Source of the DNA: Nemertoderma westbladi
Lineage: Eukaryota; Animalia; Xenacoelomorpha
Assembly (NCBI GenBank): GCA_032718475.1
Contig: JAUCBJ010001093.1
Coordinates: 1 to 64,000 of the forward strand
Reading direction: 5' to 3'
Length of the DNA: 64,000 bases
Shown: one piece after another, positions 22,365-36,729 of the stretch
How positions within the stretch are numbered: the first letter of the stretch is position 1
How the letters are laid out: each line of letters starts with the position of its first letter
Notes under the pieces: model-generated
What the model saw: the letters and a program-made list of their open reading frames with translations, nothing else
Told to the model about the DNA's origin: nothing
Databases searched by the model: none
Translations under genes and position numbers: made by a program

Positions 22365-25300
22365 TTTTCATTTCATTTCATTCCCGGTTTACGCCCCGGT
22401 GGTTATATTCAGTTAAACACAAAGTAAAATTGTCATGCACTGATTAAAATATAAAATGTGACAGAGGGTAGTTAGTATATGAATTAACACTATATTATAT
22501 ACCTATATATATATGGTGGAGTAAGTTTGTATTGTTGCATAAGTAAAATTTTTGATATGTAAAAAATCATTATGGAGTGTAAGTAATATGCACAAAACTC
22601 GGAAATGCTCATAGTACATATATATGGTGGAGTAAGTTTGTATAGTTGAACAAGTAAAATTTTTACATTGTAAAAAATCATTATGCAGTGTAAGTAATAT
22701 GCACAAAACTCGGAAATGCTCGTAGTACTGTAGAAAAATTTTACTGTTGTCGGGATGATTTATCAAATCTGACATATAAAAGGCAAAAGCACAAAGGAGA
22801 TTAAAATATTATTAAATACATATTGCCCCCCCCCCATCCCCTCCCCAAATGAAATATTCACGAGGCATATGGTTACAGAATGTGAATATTTGTCCAACCA
22901 TAGTATACTTTATTTTCCCAAAAGCCCAAAATAAACGATGTATTGTCAGGCGATTTGTCCATCCATCTGCCATATAGTATAAACATAGATAACCCCCATG
23001 CCATGACTATTTATTACCCCCCCCCCCCCCCCTCCCCCCCTCTTATTGAGTTAATAACAAATATGCAAGCTTTAGCAAAGATTTTTCATGTAGACTCATA
23101 AGGTATACCATAGTACTCGTAAATACATTCTTTCTTGTTAGTAAAAGTGTGATGGATGTTATTCAGGAGTGACCACAAATATACATAGTTACATTGATCC
23201 CTAAATCGTACAATTTCGCTTGTGTTACTGGTATCTTTAAAACATCGCTGTAACGAGTACTGATGCGAGCACAATGACTGCAGACTTGGCAGACCGGATC
23301 TCCATGACTCGATTTGGTAGTCTTCAAAAAGGTCGTCATTCTGCAGACCACACAAGTGCCGTAATGAATATGGCTGAAAAAGTAAACCATCTTGTCATTT
23401 CCGCTGTTAAATGCCCCATATATGTCCCTGCATTTAGATTTCGTAATGAAAGTGGTTAAGCTGTGTGTAGAGAAAAGAGCGTATAGAACATCATCTGAAA
23501 TGTAGTTCCCCAATCTGAAAATTGACCGCATTGCTTTTCGGAAGATGGTATTAATAATATCTATAAGGGATGAATTTATTAACGCTGCACCATACATTGC
23601 TGACGATGAATTTATTAACGCTGCACCATACATTGCTGACGGAATACCAAAAGACCTCCATATCATGGCTGTGACCTGTAGTGGAACTGTATCAACAGCT
23701 AACCCGCGTGTGTTTACCTTAGAGACATTTACCCATAGCTTCTGAGTGAAGTGATCAGACAAATTTTCCTTTGTAGCTGGCAAGGGTAGACCCAGAAAGT
23801 CACATTTATTTTTAGGGTTGACAGTTAAACCATTGATTTGTAAGAGGGATTGTTCCTTTGTATATCCTCGCTTAGGGTTGCAGATCACGTAGTGGGTTTT
23901 TTTTTACATTCAAGACAAGATTATGACTTATAAAGTATTTCTGACATATTTCCAGCATAGCCTCTAAAACTGATAGTAGATTGGCGAGTAAAAGTATATC
24001 ATCGGCATAGCTTAGTGATGGATAGGACTGATGATTTATGTGTAGTCCTCTGTGTGATGCGCTAAGTTCTCTAAATAAATCAGATAAATAAATGTTAAAG
24101 AGAAGTGGTGAAAGAACCCCGCCTTGTCGGACACCACATTTGAGCTGAATAGGATCTTGTGAGGTATATTGGTAAATACTTAAGATGGCTTGCGATTGAG
24201 AATAATCTGAGTAGAGTGGATAGGGTAGATATGGTGGACTTATTCAAGGATGTTTTGTCTAGTTTCTCAAATAGTTTGGAGTAGCTGACAGTATCGAAAG
24301 CACTTGAAAGATCTAAGGACAGCAGATGAACAGGGGAGCCGCCACCTTGGTTCAAATAATTTATAATTTTGCTAGCCAGGAGGTGTGGAAGTTCTGTATT
24401 TAGTTTTGGTTTATATCCAAATTGGAGGTCGCCTTTATTTGATTGCCTTTATTTCCACCGATATTAGCATCTCCCATACTTTAGTGACTATAGATATGAC
24501 AGAAATTACTCGATAACTCCCTGTGTTGTGTATATCTCTGCCACTACCTTTTACAATGGGAATTAACAGGCTAGTTGTTATAGAGGAAGGGAAGTTTTTT
24601 GTTGCTTTTATGGTGTTATAGACATATGCTAGTACCTCGCATATTTCACCTGTTGGAGCATAAATAAGGTATTCAGCACTGAGTGATTTGGAGTCAGCTG
24701 CCTTTCCCTTATGCAGAGATTTGATGGCATCAGCTACCATGTCGGGAGTCACTAGTTCTGTAGGCTCAGTGTTATCAGATTGGTCTTGTTGTAGGATTGG
24801 TTCTCCTCTCCCTGTCTGAAAAACTGAGTATATCTTGCGTGAAGGTTGTCTGCATTGATGTCAGGTGTCGTTTTCTTGTTTTATGATTTTAGTATCCTCC
24901 ACAATTTGGTATGATTTGATGTACTACTGACCAACCGTTGGATATGTTCATAGTAAGCGTGATTCTCTAGAAAGCTTGTGAGACGCTATTCTTGCAATTG
25001 TAGAATTGATGTACACTTTAACTTGTGTTGCATGCTTGTATCAATGTTGCCATTGGACAGTTCTTTTGCTGCTTTGGATTTTATTTGTGACTTCACTTGG
25101 TGTAGTTTTCTCCAAGCATTCTTATTGGATGTCGTATTGATGTGTGGTCTATATCTCCTTGATCTGCGGGGATATACTGATCTGATATCTGCTGCAGCGG
25201 AAATATGCAGGTTGAAGTGGTTTTTTATACTGTCTTCAAAGATATTTCCAAAATTAGATGAGTGTATATTCCCCATATTGTTTTTGGGGAGTGTTCCATT

Positions 25301-25712
25301 AATATCCCCCGCTATTATAATTTGCTGGCATGATGAATCTTCTATTATATTAGATAGTAGAGCACATTCTTTCAGATAATCTGCACGATTGCCATTGAGT
25401 CCACAGTCACTCGGCATATATACACCAATAATGACAACATTCTCACTAAAGCAACCTTTAACTGAGGTACCAACTGCCCTGTCAGAGTCAGTTTCTATTC
25501 TAGAGCAGTATGGGAATATGGTTTCTCTTATGAATATGGCCACCCCACCTTCTACCCGAATCCTTAATTTCGGAACATAAATTTGATTTGATACAGAGTA
25601 TATACATTTATACCCTTGTGGTATTCTTTGGGGATGAAAGTGAAATATAGCTTGTCTAGCACTAAGAAAGTGTTCTTGCAAAACGAGAATGTCTGGATTG
25701 TCTTTAATTAAA
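22365..25712 (-). mobile_element. Same LINE family, copy B (5'-truncated; APE, RT, 3' UTR), inverted relative to copy A
   Basis: The APE region is nearly identical to 20903-21920. RT motifs GSYRVISVISIVTKVWE, LDLSSAFDTV, SYADDILL (near 23995-24013) and CDFLG are present with several frameshifts. A probable (TGAAA)n tail lies near 22365-22383. Confidence 0.85.
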
Positions 25713-25717
25713 ATTCG

Positions 25718-25870
25718 GTCTCTGGGCTGGGGGTGGAGGTCTCTGAGCCGGGGGTGGAGGTCTCTGGGCCGGGGGTGGAGGTCTCTGGGCCGTGGGTGGA
25801 GGTCTCTGACCAGGGGGTGCAGGTCTCTGGACAGGGGGTGGAGGTCTCTGGACAGGGGGGTGGAGGTCTC
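25718..25870. repeat. 21-bp G-rich minisatellite (about 7 copies)
   Basis: Unit GGGGGTGGAGGTCTCTGGGCC. Confidence 0.9.
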
Positions 25871-26060
25871 AAGAAGTGGCCCCGGTCCATTAGGTCGCGA
25901 TACTTTGCATTTTTAGTTTGCTCTGTCCCCTCTGCAGTGCGTCGTCCCCCAATGACGATTGTCTGTGGAATGCGGCTGGGGGCCAGCGGATCTACCCATG
26001 CTAGAGTTCGGCCCTGTGACCACGGGGCCATGGTGACGCCGTCCACCCGCCTCCCGTTGT
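25871..26060 (-). mobile_element. Fragment of a restriction-like endonuclease (CRE-type) non-LTR retrotransposon
   Basis: RVDGVTMAPWSQGRTLAW..DPLAPS..AEGTEQTKNAKYRDL matches the RPDG..PW..G..L.W..D..A.S..E..K..KY pattern. Confidence 0.6.
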
Positions 26061-26195
26061 TCCGACATAATTTTTTTTAATTTGAAAATGTAGGAAAAAA
26101 AATATTTTTTGTTTCAATTTACGGGATTTTAACAACTTTCTATAGCTGGATCTCAGTTCTGAAATTTTTTTATTAAGCCGTTTAAAAGGGCCAGC

Positions 26196-28940
26196 ATACC
26201 CTTGTACACATAGTAGTGAAATTTACATGGACAGAGACATACCCTTGTGGCCTGTACACATAGTGTAACTTACAGGGACAGAGACATACCCTTGTACACA
26301 TAGTGCAACTTACATGGACAGAGACATACCCTTGTACACATAGTGTAACTTACATGGACAGAGAGATACCCTTATACACATATTGTAACTTACACGGACA
26401 GAGACATACCCTTGTACACATAGTGCAACTTACACGGACAGAGATATACCCTAGTACACATAGTGTAACTTACATGGACAGAGAGATACCCTTATACACA
26501 TAGTGTAACTTACACGGACATAGACATACCCTTGTACACATAGTGCAACTTACACGGACAGAGACATACCCTTGTACACATAGTGTAACTTACACTGACA
26601 GAGACATACCCTTGTACACATAGTGTAACTTACATGGACAGAGAAATACCCCTGTGGCCTGTACACATAGTGTAACTTACAGGGACAGAGACATACCCTT
26701 GTAGACATAGTGCAACTTACATGGACAGAGAAATACCCATGTGGCCTGTACACATAGTGTAACTTGCAGGGACAGAGACATACCCTTGTAGACATAGTGC
26801 AACTTACATGGACAGAGAGATACCCTTATACACATAGTGCAACTTACACGGACAGAGACATACCCTTGTACACATAGTGCAACTTACACGGACAGAGACA
26901 TACCCTTGTACACATAGTGTAACTTACACTGACAGAGACATACCCTTGTACACATAGTGAACTTACATGGACAGAGACATACCCTTGTACACATAGTGTA
27001 ACTTACATGGACAGAGACATACCTTTGTACACATAGTGTAACTTACATGGACAGAGAAATACCCCTGTGGCCTGTACACATAGTATAACTTACAGGGACA
27101 GAGACATACCCTTGTAGACATAGTGCAACTTACATGGACAGAGACATACCCTTGTACACATAGTGTAACTTACATGGACAGAGAAATACCCCTGTGGCCT
27201 ATACACATAGTGTAACTTACAGGGACAGAGACATAACCTTGTAGACATAGTGCAACTTACATGGACAGAGACATACCCTTGTACACATAGTGTAACTTAC
27301 ATGGACAGAGAAATACCCCTGTGGCCTATACACATAGTGTAACTTACACGGACAGAGACATACCCTTGTACACATAGTGCAACTTACACGGACAGAGACA
27401 TACCCTTGTACACATTGTGTAACTTACATGGACAGACACATACCCTTGTACACATAGTGCAACTTACACTGACAGAGACATACCCTTGTACACATAGTGA
27501 ACTTACATGGACAGAGACATACCTTTGTACACATAGTGTAACTTACATGGACAGAGAAATACCCCTGTGGCCTGTACACATAGTGTAACTTACAGGGACA
27601 GAGACATACCCTTGTAGACATAGTGCAACTTACATGGACAGAGACATACCCTTGTACACATAGTGTAACTTACATGGACAGAGAAATACCCCTGTGGCCT
27701 ATACACATAGTGTAACTTACAGGGACAGAGACATACCCTTGTACACATAGTGTAACTTACATGGACAGAGAAATACCCCTGTGGCCTATACACATAGTGT
27801 AACTTACAGGGACAGAGACATACCCTTGTACACATAGTGCAACTTACACGGAGAGAGACATACCGTTGTACACATAGTGTAACTTACACGGACAGAGACA
27901 TACCCTTGTACACATAGTTTAACTTACATGGACAGAGAATTACCCCTGTGGCCTATACACATAGTGTAACTTACAGGGACAGAGACATACCCTTGTACAC
28001 ATAGTGCAACTTACATGGACAGAGACATACCCTTGTACACATAGTGTAACTTACATGGACAGAGAGATACCCTTATACACATTGTGTAACTTACATGGAT
28101 AGAGACATACCCTTGTACACATAGTGTAACTTACATGGACCGAGACATACCCTTGTACAAATAGTGTAACTTACACGGCCAGAGACATACCCTTGTACAC
28201 ATAGTGTAACTTGCATGGACAGACACATACCCTTGTACACATTGTGTAACTTACATGGACAGAGAGATACCCTTGTACACATAGTGTAACTTACATGGAC
28301 AGAGACATGCCCTTGTACACATAGTGTAACTTACATCGACAGAGACATGCCCTTGTACACATAGTGTAACTTACATGGACAGAGACATACCCTTGTACAC
28401 ATAGTGTAACTTGCATGGACAGACACATACCCTTGTACACATAGTGTAACTTGCATGGACAGACACATACCCTTGTACACATTGTGTAACTTACACGGAC
28501 AGAGACATACCCTTGTACACATAGTGTAACTTACATGGACAGAGACATACCTTTGTACACATAGTGCAACTTACAAGGAGAGAGACATACCCTTATACAC
28601 ATTGTGTAACTTACATGGATAGAGACATACCCTTGTACACATAGTGTAACTTACATGGACCGAGACATACCCTTGTACAAATAGTGTAACTTACACGGAC
28701 AGAGACATACCCTTGTACACATAGTGCAACTTACACTGACAGAGACATACCCTTATACACATAGTGTAACTAACATGAACAGAGACATACCCTTGTACAC
28801 ATAGTGTAACTTACATGGACAGACACATACCCTTGTACACATTGTGTAACTTACATGGCTAGAGCCATAACCTTGTACAAATAGTGTAACTTACATGGAC
28901 AGAGACATACCCTTGTACACATAGTGTAACTTACATGGAC
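26196..28940. repeat. 40-bp tandem satellite (about 67 units, some longer variants carrying GTGGCC) starting at a GPCR splice donor
   Basis: Consensus ATACCCTTGTACACATAGTGTAACTTACATGGACAGAGAC. The minus strand carries CAT|GTAAGT in most units. Confidence 0.95.
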
Positions 28941-29060
28941 AAATATTTTGAGAGTATTGGGGAGCTCTATCCCAGTAACAGTTTGATACATATCCACGAA
29001 TCGTTGAGGCATGCAGAAGATTGCGAACAGACCAACAACGAGAATTAACATCTTAACAAC
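28935..29060 (-). CDS. TRH-receptor-like GPCR exon (TM6, ECL3)
   Basis: taccag|GTT GTT AAG ATG; VVKMLILVVGLFAIFCMPQRFVDMYQ..LKIFVH|gtaagt. Phase 0 joins the 16916 exon to give [14 protein letters not shown]. Confidence 0.9.
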
Positions 29061-29423
29061 CTGGTAACATAATTTGAGATTTTTAAATTAAATTATATTA
29101 CTGTAATACAAAATGCAGCTAATACTAATAATACAAGTGTACATACAGTTAGGTAAGTGCATACAAGTTAATGTTACAATGAGTGCTTTTTTAACTGGTT
29201 AATTCCACAATAATGGAAAAAAATTTCAACTTTTTAAGATTTATATTCAATCTCATAAAACGGTGATGATTCACAAAATCTTCGGGTAAAAGTCCCGCTT
29301 TTATATATTATAAGTCCCTCATAGGAACAATTATATTTTAGTATTTATTTATTAATACATTTGTTATTTTCATAAGGAACGATCACCAGTTTTATTTTCA
29401 TGTGATTAAAATAAAATAATTAC

Positions 29424-29582
29424 CCTCACTTTTCCCTCTGTTGCCTTGGTGCTGGTTTGTTTACGTGGTCCATCACTTGCAAATAATGAACAACCAATCA
29501 GCGTATAGAGAATAAAACATAGCATCAGTGGCAGAATAAAAAACAATGCGAAATCCGCAATCATCCATGAAATCCGCGACGT
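29424..29582 (-). CDS. TRH-receptor-like GPCR exon (TM5, ICL3)
   Basis: ttgcag|ACG; TSRISWMIADFALFFILPLMLCFILYTLIG. Two in-frame donors are possible (exon end at 29430 or 29424). Confidence 0.85.
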
Positions 29583-30419
29583 CTGCAATAGTGACAACGA
29601 ATTTCAACAATAATGTGCATCAAATAAAGTTATTTACATTTATATTCCACTCTTTTGTTTTACCTTTTGTTTGTTAGCAAAATTGACTCTGTGTAATGTT
29701 AATGGAACGGTAGCAGCTAGGCTAACGGACTTCGCATCTAGAGTCAGTGCAAAGAGCTTAAACCGTTACCACAGTCGGACAATAGACTTATTGTGTCACA
29801 TTATGAGTCAATGGCGCAAAATGACAGCAAAAAATTGAAAAAAATTAGTTTAGTTTAATTAAAAACATTAAGAAAAAGGAGCAGGTTACAGTGGCGGTGT
29901 TTTCTAACCAAAACAATAAACGATTCTTTATTTCCCTTGCGGTAAATTTGAGCTGAAGATCACAATTTTCACTTGCGGTAAATGTGCGCCACTATATGCA
30001 TATTACAATAAATAATATGCATTATATTAAAACATGATAATAGATAACTAGTGCGACCTCAACTGTTTACGATAGAAATTGCAGACTCTCTCAAAACAAA
30101 ACAATTTATCTATCTGCCATTGTAATATATTTCGCTTAAACTTACATCTTCAGTTATTGAGCAGATCGTAATTTCAAATTTCTCGACAGGAAATACATAA
30201 CTGTAAATCCTAACCAACGACCAAGTCCTGAAATACAAAAATATCCCTTCCAGATTAGGAAACATAAAAATTCCCAAAATAATTATTTAACACAAGTATC
30301 CCATTCTCCATTTTTTGTGTGACCAAATTATGTCCCACATCGTCAACCAGGACAATTATGTCCCAAATAATTATATCATAGATAATTCATTACAAGTACA
30401 AGACAAATTTATAATTATA

Positions 30420-32310
30420 AGTTGTGTGGACAATTTTCTAAGTTATGCACACAAGATACTAAGTTGTGCACAGACGATACTGAGTTGTGCACACACGATA
30501 CTGAGTTGTGCACACAAGATACTGAGTTGTGCGCACAAGATACTAAGTTGTGCACACAAGATACTGAGTTGTGCGCACAAGATACTGAGTTGTGCGCACA
30601 AGATACAAAGTTGTGCATATAAGATACTGAGTTGTGCACACAAGATACTAAGTTGTGCATACAAGATACTGAGTTGTGCACACAAGATACTAAGTTGTGC
30701 ATACAAGATACTGAGTTTTGTACACAAGATACTGAGTTGTGCACACACGATACTAAGTTGTGCACACAAGATACGCACACAAGATACTAAGTTGTGCACA
30801 CACGATACTGAGTTGTGCACACACGATACTGAGTTGTGCATACAAGGTACTGAGTTGTGCGCACAAGATACTACGTTGTGCATATAAGATACTGAGTTGT
30901 GCACACAAGATACTAAGTTGTGCATACAAGATACTGAGTTGTGCACACAAGATACTAAGTTGTGCATACAAGATACTGAGTTGTGTACACAAGATACTGA
31001 GTTGTGCACACACGATACTAAGTTGTGCACACAAGATACTGAGTTGTGCACACACGATACTAAGTTGTGCATATAAGATACTGAGTTGTGCACACACGAT
31101 ACTGAGTTGAGCACACAAGATACTGAGTTGTGCACACACGATACTGAGTTGTGAACACAAGATACTAAGTTGTGCATACAAGATACTGAGTTGTGCATAC
31201 AAGATACTAAGTTGTGCATACAAGATACTGAGTTGTGTACACAAGATACTAAGTTGTGCATACAAGATACTGAGTTGTGCACACAAGATACTAAGTTGTG
31301 CATACAAGATACTGAGTTGTGCACACAAGATACTAAGTTGTGCATACAGGATACTGAGTTGTGCATATAAGATACCGAGTTGTTGTGAACACAAGATACT
31401 GAGTTGTTGTGCACACACGATACTGAGTTGTGCGCATAAGATACTGAGTAGTTATGAACTCAAGATACTGAGTTGTTGTGCACACAAGATACTGAGTTGT
31501 TGTGAACACAAGATACTAAGTTGTGCATACAAAATACTGAGTTGTGCATACAATATACTAAGTTGTCCATACAAGATACTGAATTGTGCACACACGATAC
31601 TGAGTTGCGCAAACACGATACTGAGTTGTGCACACAAGTTACTGAGTTGTGCACACACGATACTGAGTTGTGCACACAAGATACTGAGTTGTGCACACAA
31701 GATACTGAGTTGTTGTGAACACAAGATACTGAGTTGTTGTGCACACAAGATACTGAGTTGTTGTGAACACAAGATACTAAGTTGTGCATACAAAATACTG
31801 AGTTGTGCATACAATATACTAAGTTGTCCATACAAGATACTGAATTGTGCACACACGATACTGAGTTGCGCAAACACGATACTGAGTTGTGCACACAAGT
31901 TACTGAGTTGTGCACACACGATACTGAGTTGTGCACACAAGATACTGAGTTGTGCACACACGATACTGAGTTGTGCGCACAAGATACTGAGTTGTTGTGA
32001 ACACAAGATACTGAGTTGTTGTGCACACAAGATACTGAGTTGTTGTGAACACAAGATACTGAGTTGTTGTGCACACACGATACTGAGTTGTGCGCACAAG
32101 ATACTGAGTTGTTGTGAACACAAGATACTGAGTTGTTGTGCACACAAGATACTGAGTTGTGCACACACGATACTGAGTTGTGCGCACAAGATACTGAGTT
32201 GTTGTGCACACAAGATACTGAGTTGTTGTGCACACAAGATACTGAGTTGTTGTGCACACAATATACTAAGTTGTGATATAAGATATGAAGTTGTGCGTAC
32301 AAGATATTAA
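30420..32310. repeat. 21-bp tandem satellite, with 24-bp variants in the right half
   Basis: Unit CACAAGATACTGAGTTGTGCA, roughly 85-90 copies. It produces the spurious repetitive ORFs in the track. Confidence 0.95.
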
Positions 32311-33189
32311 GTAAGAATGAATTTCAGGCCCAAAAAATATTCAGATCCTTTAAAAAAATAAAAAATTGAAATTTTCATTACGTTTTGTCGTCATGCAGTG
32401 ACGTAGCCGTATGTACTATGTTTAATTCCTCATAACTTTTCAGCCGACAAAGATATGAAACAAAGGTTTCGATATTCAGAAAGCCCAGGTATTCTGTATC
32501 TCATAGATACTACCTAAAAATCGAGAATTCTGCAACAGGTCCCTTTTCTTGCAAATAGTCACAAATATTATTTGGAAATAAAATGCGAAAAATATTGAAT
32601 TTTTGTTATTATTGGTCAATCAATCTTTTAAGATTAATTTACTGAAAACTTATTAACTGTTGTTTCGATTGGATTGCAGTATTCCAAAATGTAGATTTTT
32701 ATGGTGAATTCAAAAATAAATACAAAAATAGCCATAAAGGATACCAAAGTATCAAAGTAGCCCCAATTCGGGGGGGGGGGGGGCGAGTTAGATACGAATT
32801 GTGGTGAATATTTCAGAATTACATAATAACCTCGATGATTCCTTAAATGTGAAAGAAAAACTATAGCTAATTAGCCATTTGGCAATCCTATGGCAATTCC
32901 AAGGTGTTAATGTTAATTCAATGCATTTAAAATTACAAAAGACCTCAAAAAACCATCAGAGTCACCCCGCTTGATAGTAAGAAAAAAACTGCAAATGTAA
33001 AAGCGAACAGTCAAGTCGTACTAAGTTCTGTACAGTGTTATAGACTAGAATGGCCACCATAAATGATTTTATGAGTTCCGCTTTAATTCTGATTTGAGTG
33101 AGTTTCTTCTGAAACAGTCGGCGATAAAGTGGTTGCTCTATCCCTTTACCATTCAGTGTTGTAAATCCTTCATTTAGACGCCGTAGATC

Positions 33190-34790
33190 GGGTACGTTCT
33201 AGTTATTGCTGAGATGGGAGAAAATTGAAGAAAGGTTAAAAGAGTTACAGGATTTTTGATGAGCACCACTACACCCAGGGTTTGTCACTTTTGTGTTTAT
33301 TGTCAGTAGAGTCCTCATTATTGTCTGTAGATGAGTTTTGGGCAGGTTTTGATATGTTAGTAGAGTAAGCCGATCAGACTTCTCTGATCTCTGATGAGAT
33401 GTCTGTTTAAAGCTATTGTCCAATGAAAAGTGTATGTACTACTGCATTGTTTAAGAAGTTTCCCATATATAATGGGTCCCTTTGGACTTTTCTATAAAAC
33501 AAGTCGATCGTAGATATCGACACCTCAGAGAGGCCTGCAAGGTAGGAACTTCATACGGTATTTTCTAAAGGGCAAAGCAATGTGAAAAAGGAATATTGTT
33601 TTACAGTACAGTCCATTTGGTGGAAGGCTGCGGCTTATATATTCATTGTCCATAGCTTCGAATTGCTGTTAAAGAAGTTGTATCCAAGGAATAGAAGATG
33701 ATTTGAAGATGTTGTTATGACCAGTCCATGGATGATATTGTTCTGGCTAGGCGGTTGACCCTTCACATTTCAAACGAGAGTACCATGCCAGTTTATATAA
33801 CTGATTCCCAAGTTTATTTTCGAAATTGAATCATCGGCGTAGTTGATGAGTCCTGCATAAAAACCTTTAATAAAATATACCAACCCCTGATTCTTATAGG
33901 GTAGATAGTGAAGCTTTGATATAGAAGTAAACGATTATACGAGATAACATCGATACCTTTTTGAATCCAAGGTTCGTTTTTTGAAAAGATGTATTTCAAA
34001 AAATTCCAAAATTCCAAACTTAAATATACAGAGACTGGTCTGTATGATTTGGCATCCTCCTTTTCCTTTCCATGTCTCTTATGTACAATCGTAACAATGG
34101 AATGAACTGTTAAAGACTGTGTTAATGTGCTTGGAAATCACTTCTGGTAAAAAGTAGATGAGGTTCTAAACAATTAGAGAGCTGTTATCAGGCTCTTTTC
34201 CTTTCAATAGTGCCGGTATAGCTATCCAGACCTCGACATATCGCTAAGTTCTATGGAACTTCAATTGTAGATCTCTTCTTAGGTAAATCTTCAATGATGT
34301 CTGAAAGGTGAACAGAAGAGAGGTTTGAAATTTCGATGCCAGGTATGACTGCAGCTCGTACTTAATTCAATCTGACAAGTTATCTTCCATTGACCTATTT
34401 TTCAGACTATAGTGATTCTAGAAGACACTGGATAACCCATTGTTCCATATGATGATAGTGCCTTATCGACATTCTTCGACTTCTCTTATTTTATTTATAT
34501 TTATATTTATTGATTATTGGTTATATATATATATTATTGATTATATTTATTTACATTGTCATGATTATTGTTTGTTCCTTAATCTCAAGTTTCTGGTTTC
34601 ATGTTTTCTTTTATTTAGAGGAAGACTTTGGCTGTGATGTGGGTTTAGCTCTTTCAAATTCGGGTGAAGTGAGAAGTATATTACTCCATCACGAATATCT
34701 GCTTTAGCATAAAGTATAATGTAGGGAGTTGATGAGATGTAAGCATTGTATCTAGGCATCCCTGAAAGTCAAGGAATTTTTCAGGATTTT
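33190..34790 (-). mobile_element. Heavily decayed LINE ORF2 fragment
   Basis: The minus strand encodes EDAKSYRPVS near 34031-34060 (SYRPISL motif) and CRGLDS near 34220-34240 (PGPDG-like). Many stops; boundaries are approximate. Confidence 0.55.
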
Positions 34791-36729
34791 GATGGTCAGC
34801 AGCCGGTTGCACCAAGCTCCACTAACTACTTAGTGCCACTAACCGCTTAGGGTGGTGTTAGTGGTACAAACTTAAGTGCGACTTTCTTAGTACCGTTGCA
34901 CCAAGTTCACTAATGCTAACACTTAAGTTAGTGCCAGTTTACCCATCCTAATCACCTCGCTAAGCATTCCCACTAACAAACCGCACTAAGCGGAATTATA
35001 GTAGGCCTACTAAATTAATGGTCCCGTGTTCGTTTTAAATACAGTATATAGTATGAATATGAATAATCCGCCGACGGCAAAATTTAAGCAAGAGGATGAC
35101 ACCCAAAAGAAGATGGATTGAAGAAGGATATGCAAGTAAAGACTGCTTGTTCAATATAAGTGGATTAGATGGGAGAGTAAGGGTTACGGGCAAGTGGCTG
35201 AACTGGTTTAGCACTCCTGATAGACTGAAACGGTACCGTACAAATCTACAACAATGGTTGAAAAACTGACGTTGTGACGTTGATCCACATGTTTTCTACT
35301 TATGAAGAAAACCCCATTGTCCCTTTAACGCAGCTCTAACAACTAAATACTATTTATTCGGATATTTATAGCAAGTAGGTATTAATTAAATATATATGTT
35401 TAGGGTGGTAGTTAGGGAGGTATGGTATGGAGGTCCATAAGCATCCAGCACTAACTAGTTAGTGACACTTACTGGTATATACTGCCCCCATTGATTAAGA
35501 GTAAATAAGCATTTTTGTATTATTAAGAACAGTAATTGCCATGATAATGATGTATCCAGAGTCTATATTTTCCATTACATTTAGTTTATTGGTGTTAACA
35601 AAGATTGCATGAGAAGACCAACAGTGTAGATTGTCCATTGTCTTACCTATTGTGTGAAAACATTTGTGACAGTTGCTTAGTTTGTCTAAAAATCACATCG
35701 GCCTTCTTGTGATCCTACCAGTTTTCCTGAAGGGCTAAGAATCAAGAATACCAAAAATACTCAAACAATAATCTATATGTTTTGGAATGGATATATGGAC
35801 TTCCAACTGTCAGAACTCGTCTTCCGAACGTCCAACTTCCGCCTGCATGTTCAGCACGGTCTTGATAAACCGCTAGAATCTGATAAGGGTGGTAAGAAGT
35901 GAAATAACTATGCATTTTCGTATTCACTACCAGTTATGTTTTCATAATTAAATTTTTATTTTTATTGGGGAGACCCGTTCACAGAGAACGCCAGGTTGGT
36001 ATCCATCACTGGATCGAAACTCAAGAAGTTATTAACTCACACTACCTTGTTATACCTGTTATATCGGTATAGGAAACTGTTTGACCAATAATGTGGTGTA
36101 ACTGATCAATTGTAATTACTGTCAGAACGAGTATGTGGGTGAAACTGGGAGGGAGACCTATTAGAGAAAGAATCAGGTCGCACCGCACCGCAGTGTAGGA
36201 ATATCTAATCTAGACACAACGAGACTGCGATGGCCGCTCACTTTAAGGAGCACCACCCGGACCAGACCAAAAGCCCGACAACTTTCACATCGAAGGTTTT
36301 GAGAAGATGTAAGGATTAGGCCAATTGAAAGATAACTGAGGTGGTTTTTATAAGAGAACGAAGTCCCCGGATTAACATACAACATCCAGAGTTCGATAGA
36401 GGCTGGTAGAGGAACTTTCATGTACAGTAGATTTGTAAGGAGTGTGGTCTTTTAACTCGCCCTGATTGTTTGTTTTCAATTTATTTAAATTGCTGCGCTG
36501 TTTTGGCATATATTTTTATTAGGTTTTTTTAAACAATTATTTTGTATTTTTGTGCTAATATTTGATCTTATGCTTCCTTCTGCCCCCCCCCCCCCCCCCC
36601 CCACCTTATACTATTAGTCCTACTACTATGATCGGCATGCTGCATTTTTAAGAGTGCTGTGTCTGCTTGTCGACAAAATTGCACCGCCACAACTCCCTAT
36701 CACCCATGACATTTGCTAAATCAACCACA

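Noticed and set aside
26196-32310. CRISPR-like arrays, or Cys/His-rich repetitive proteins
   Set aside because: These are head-to-tail tandem units with no unique spacers and no cas genes, in a eukaryotic intron. The ORFs are translations of the repeats.
35647-35726. Exon-like segment (ttcag|...|gtaaga, minus strand) as the missing GPCR ECL2 exon
   Set aside because: It has stop codons in all three frames, including the one required by the phase-2 donor.
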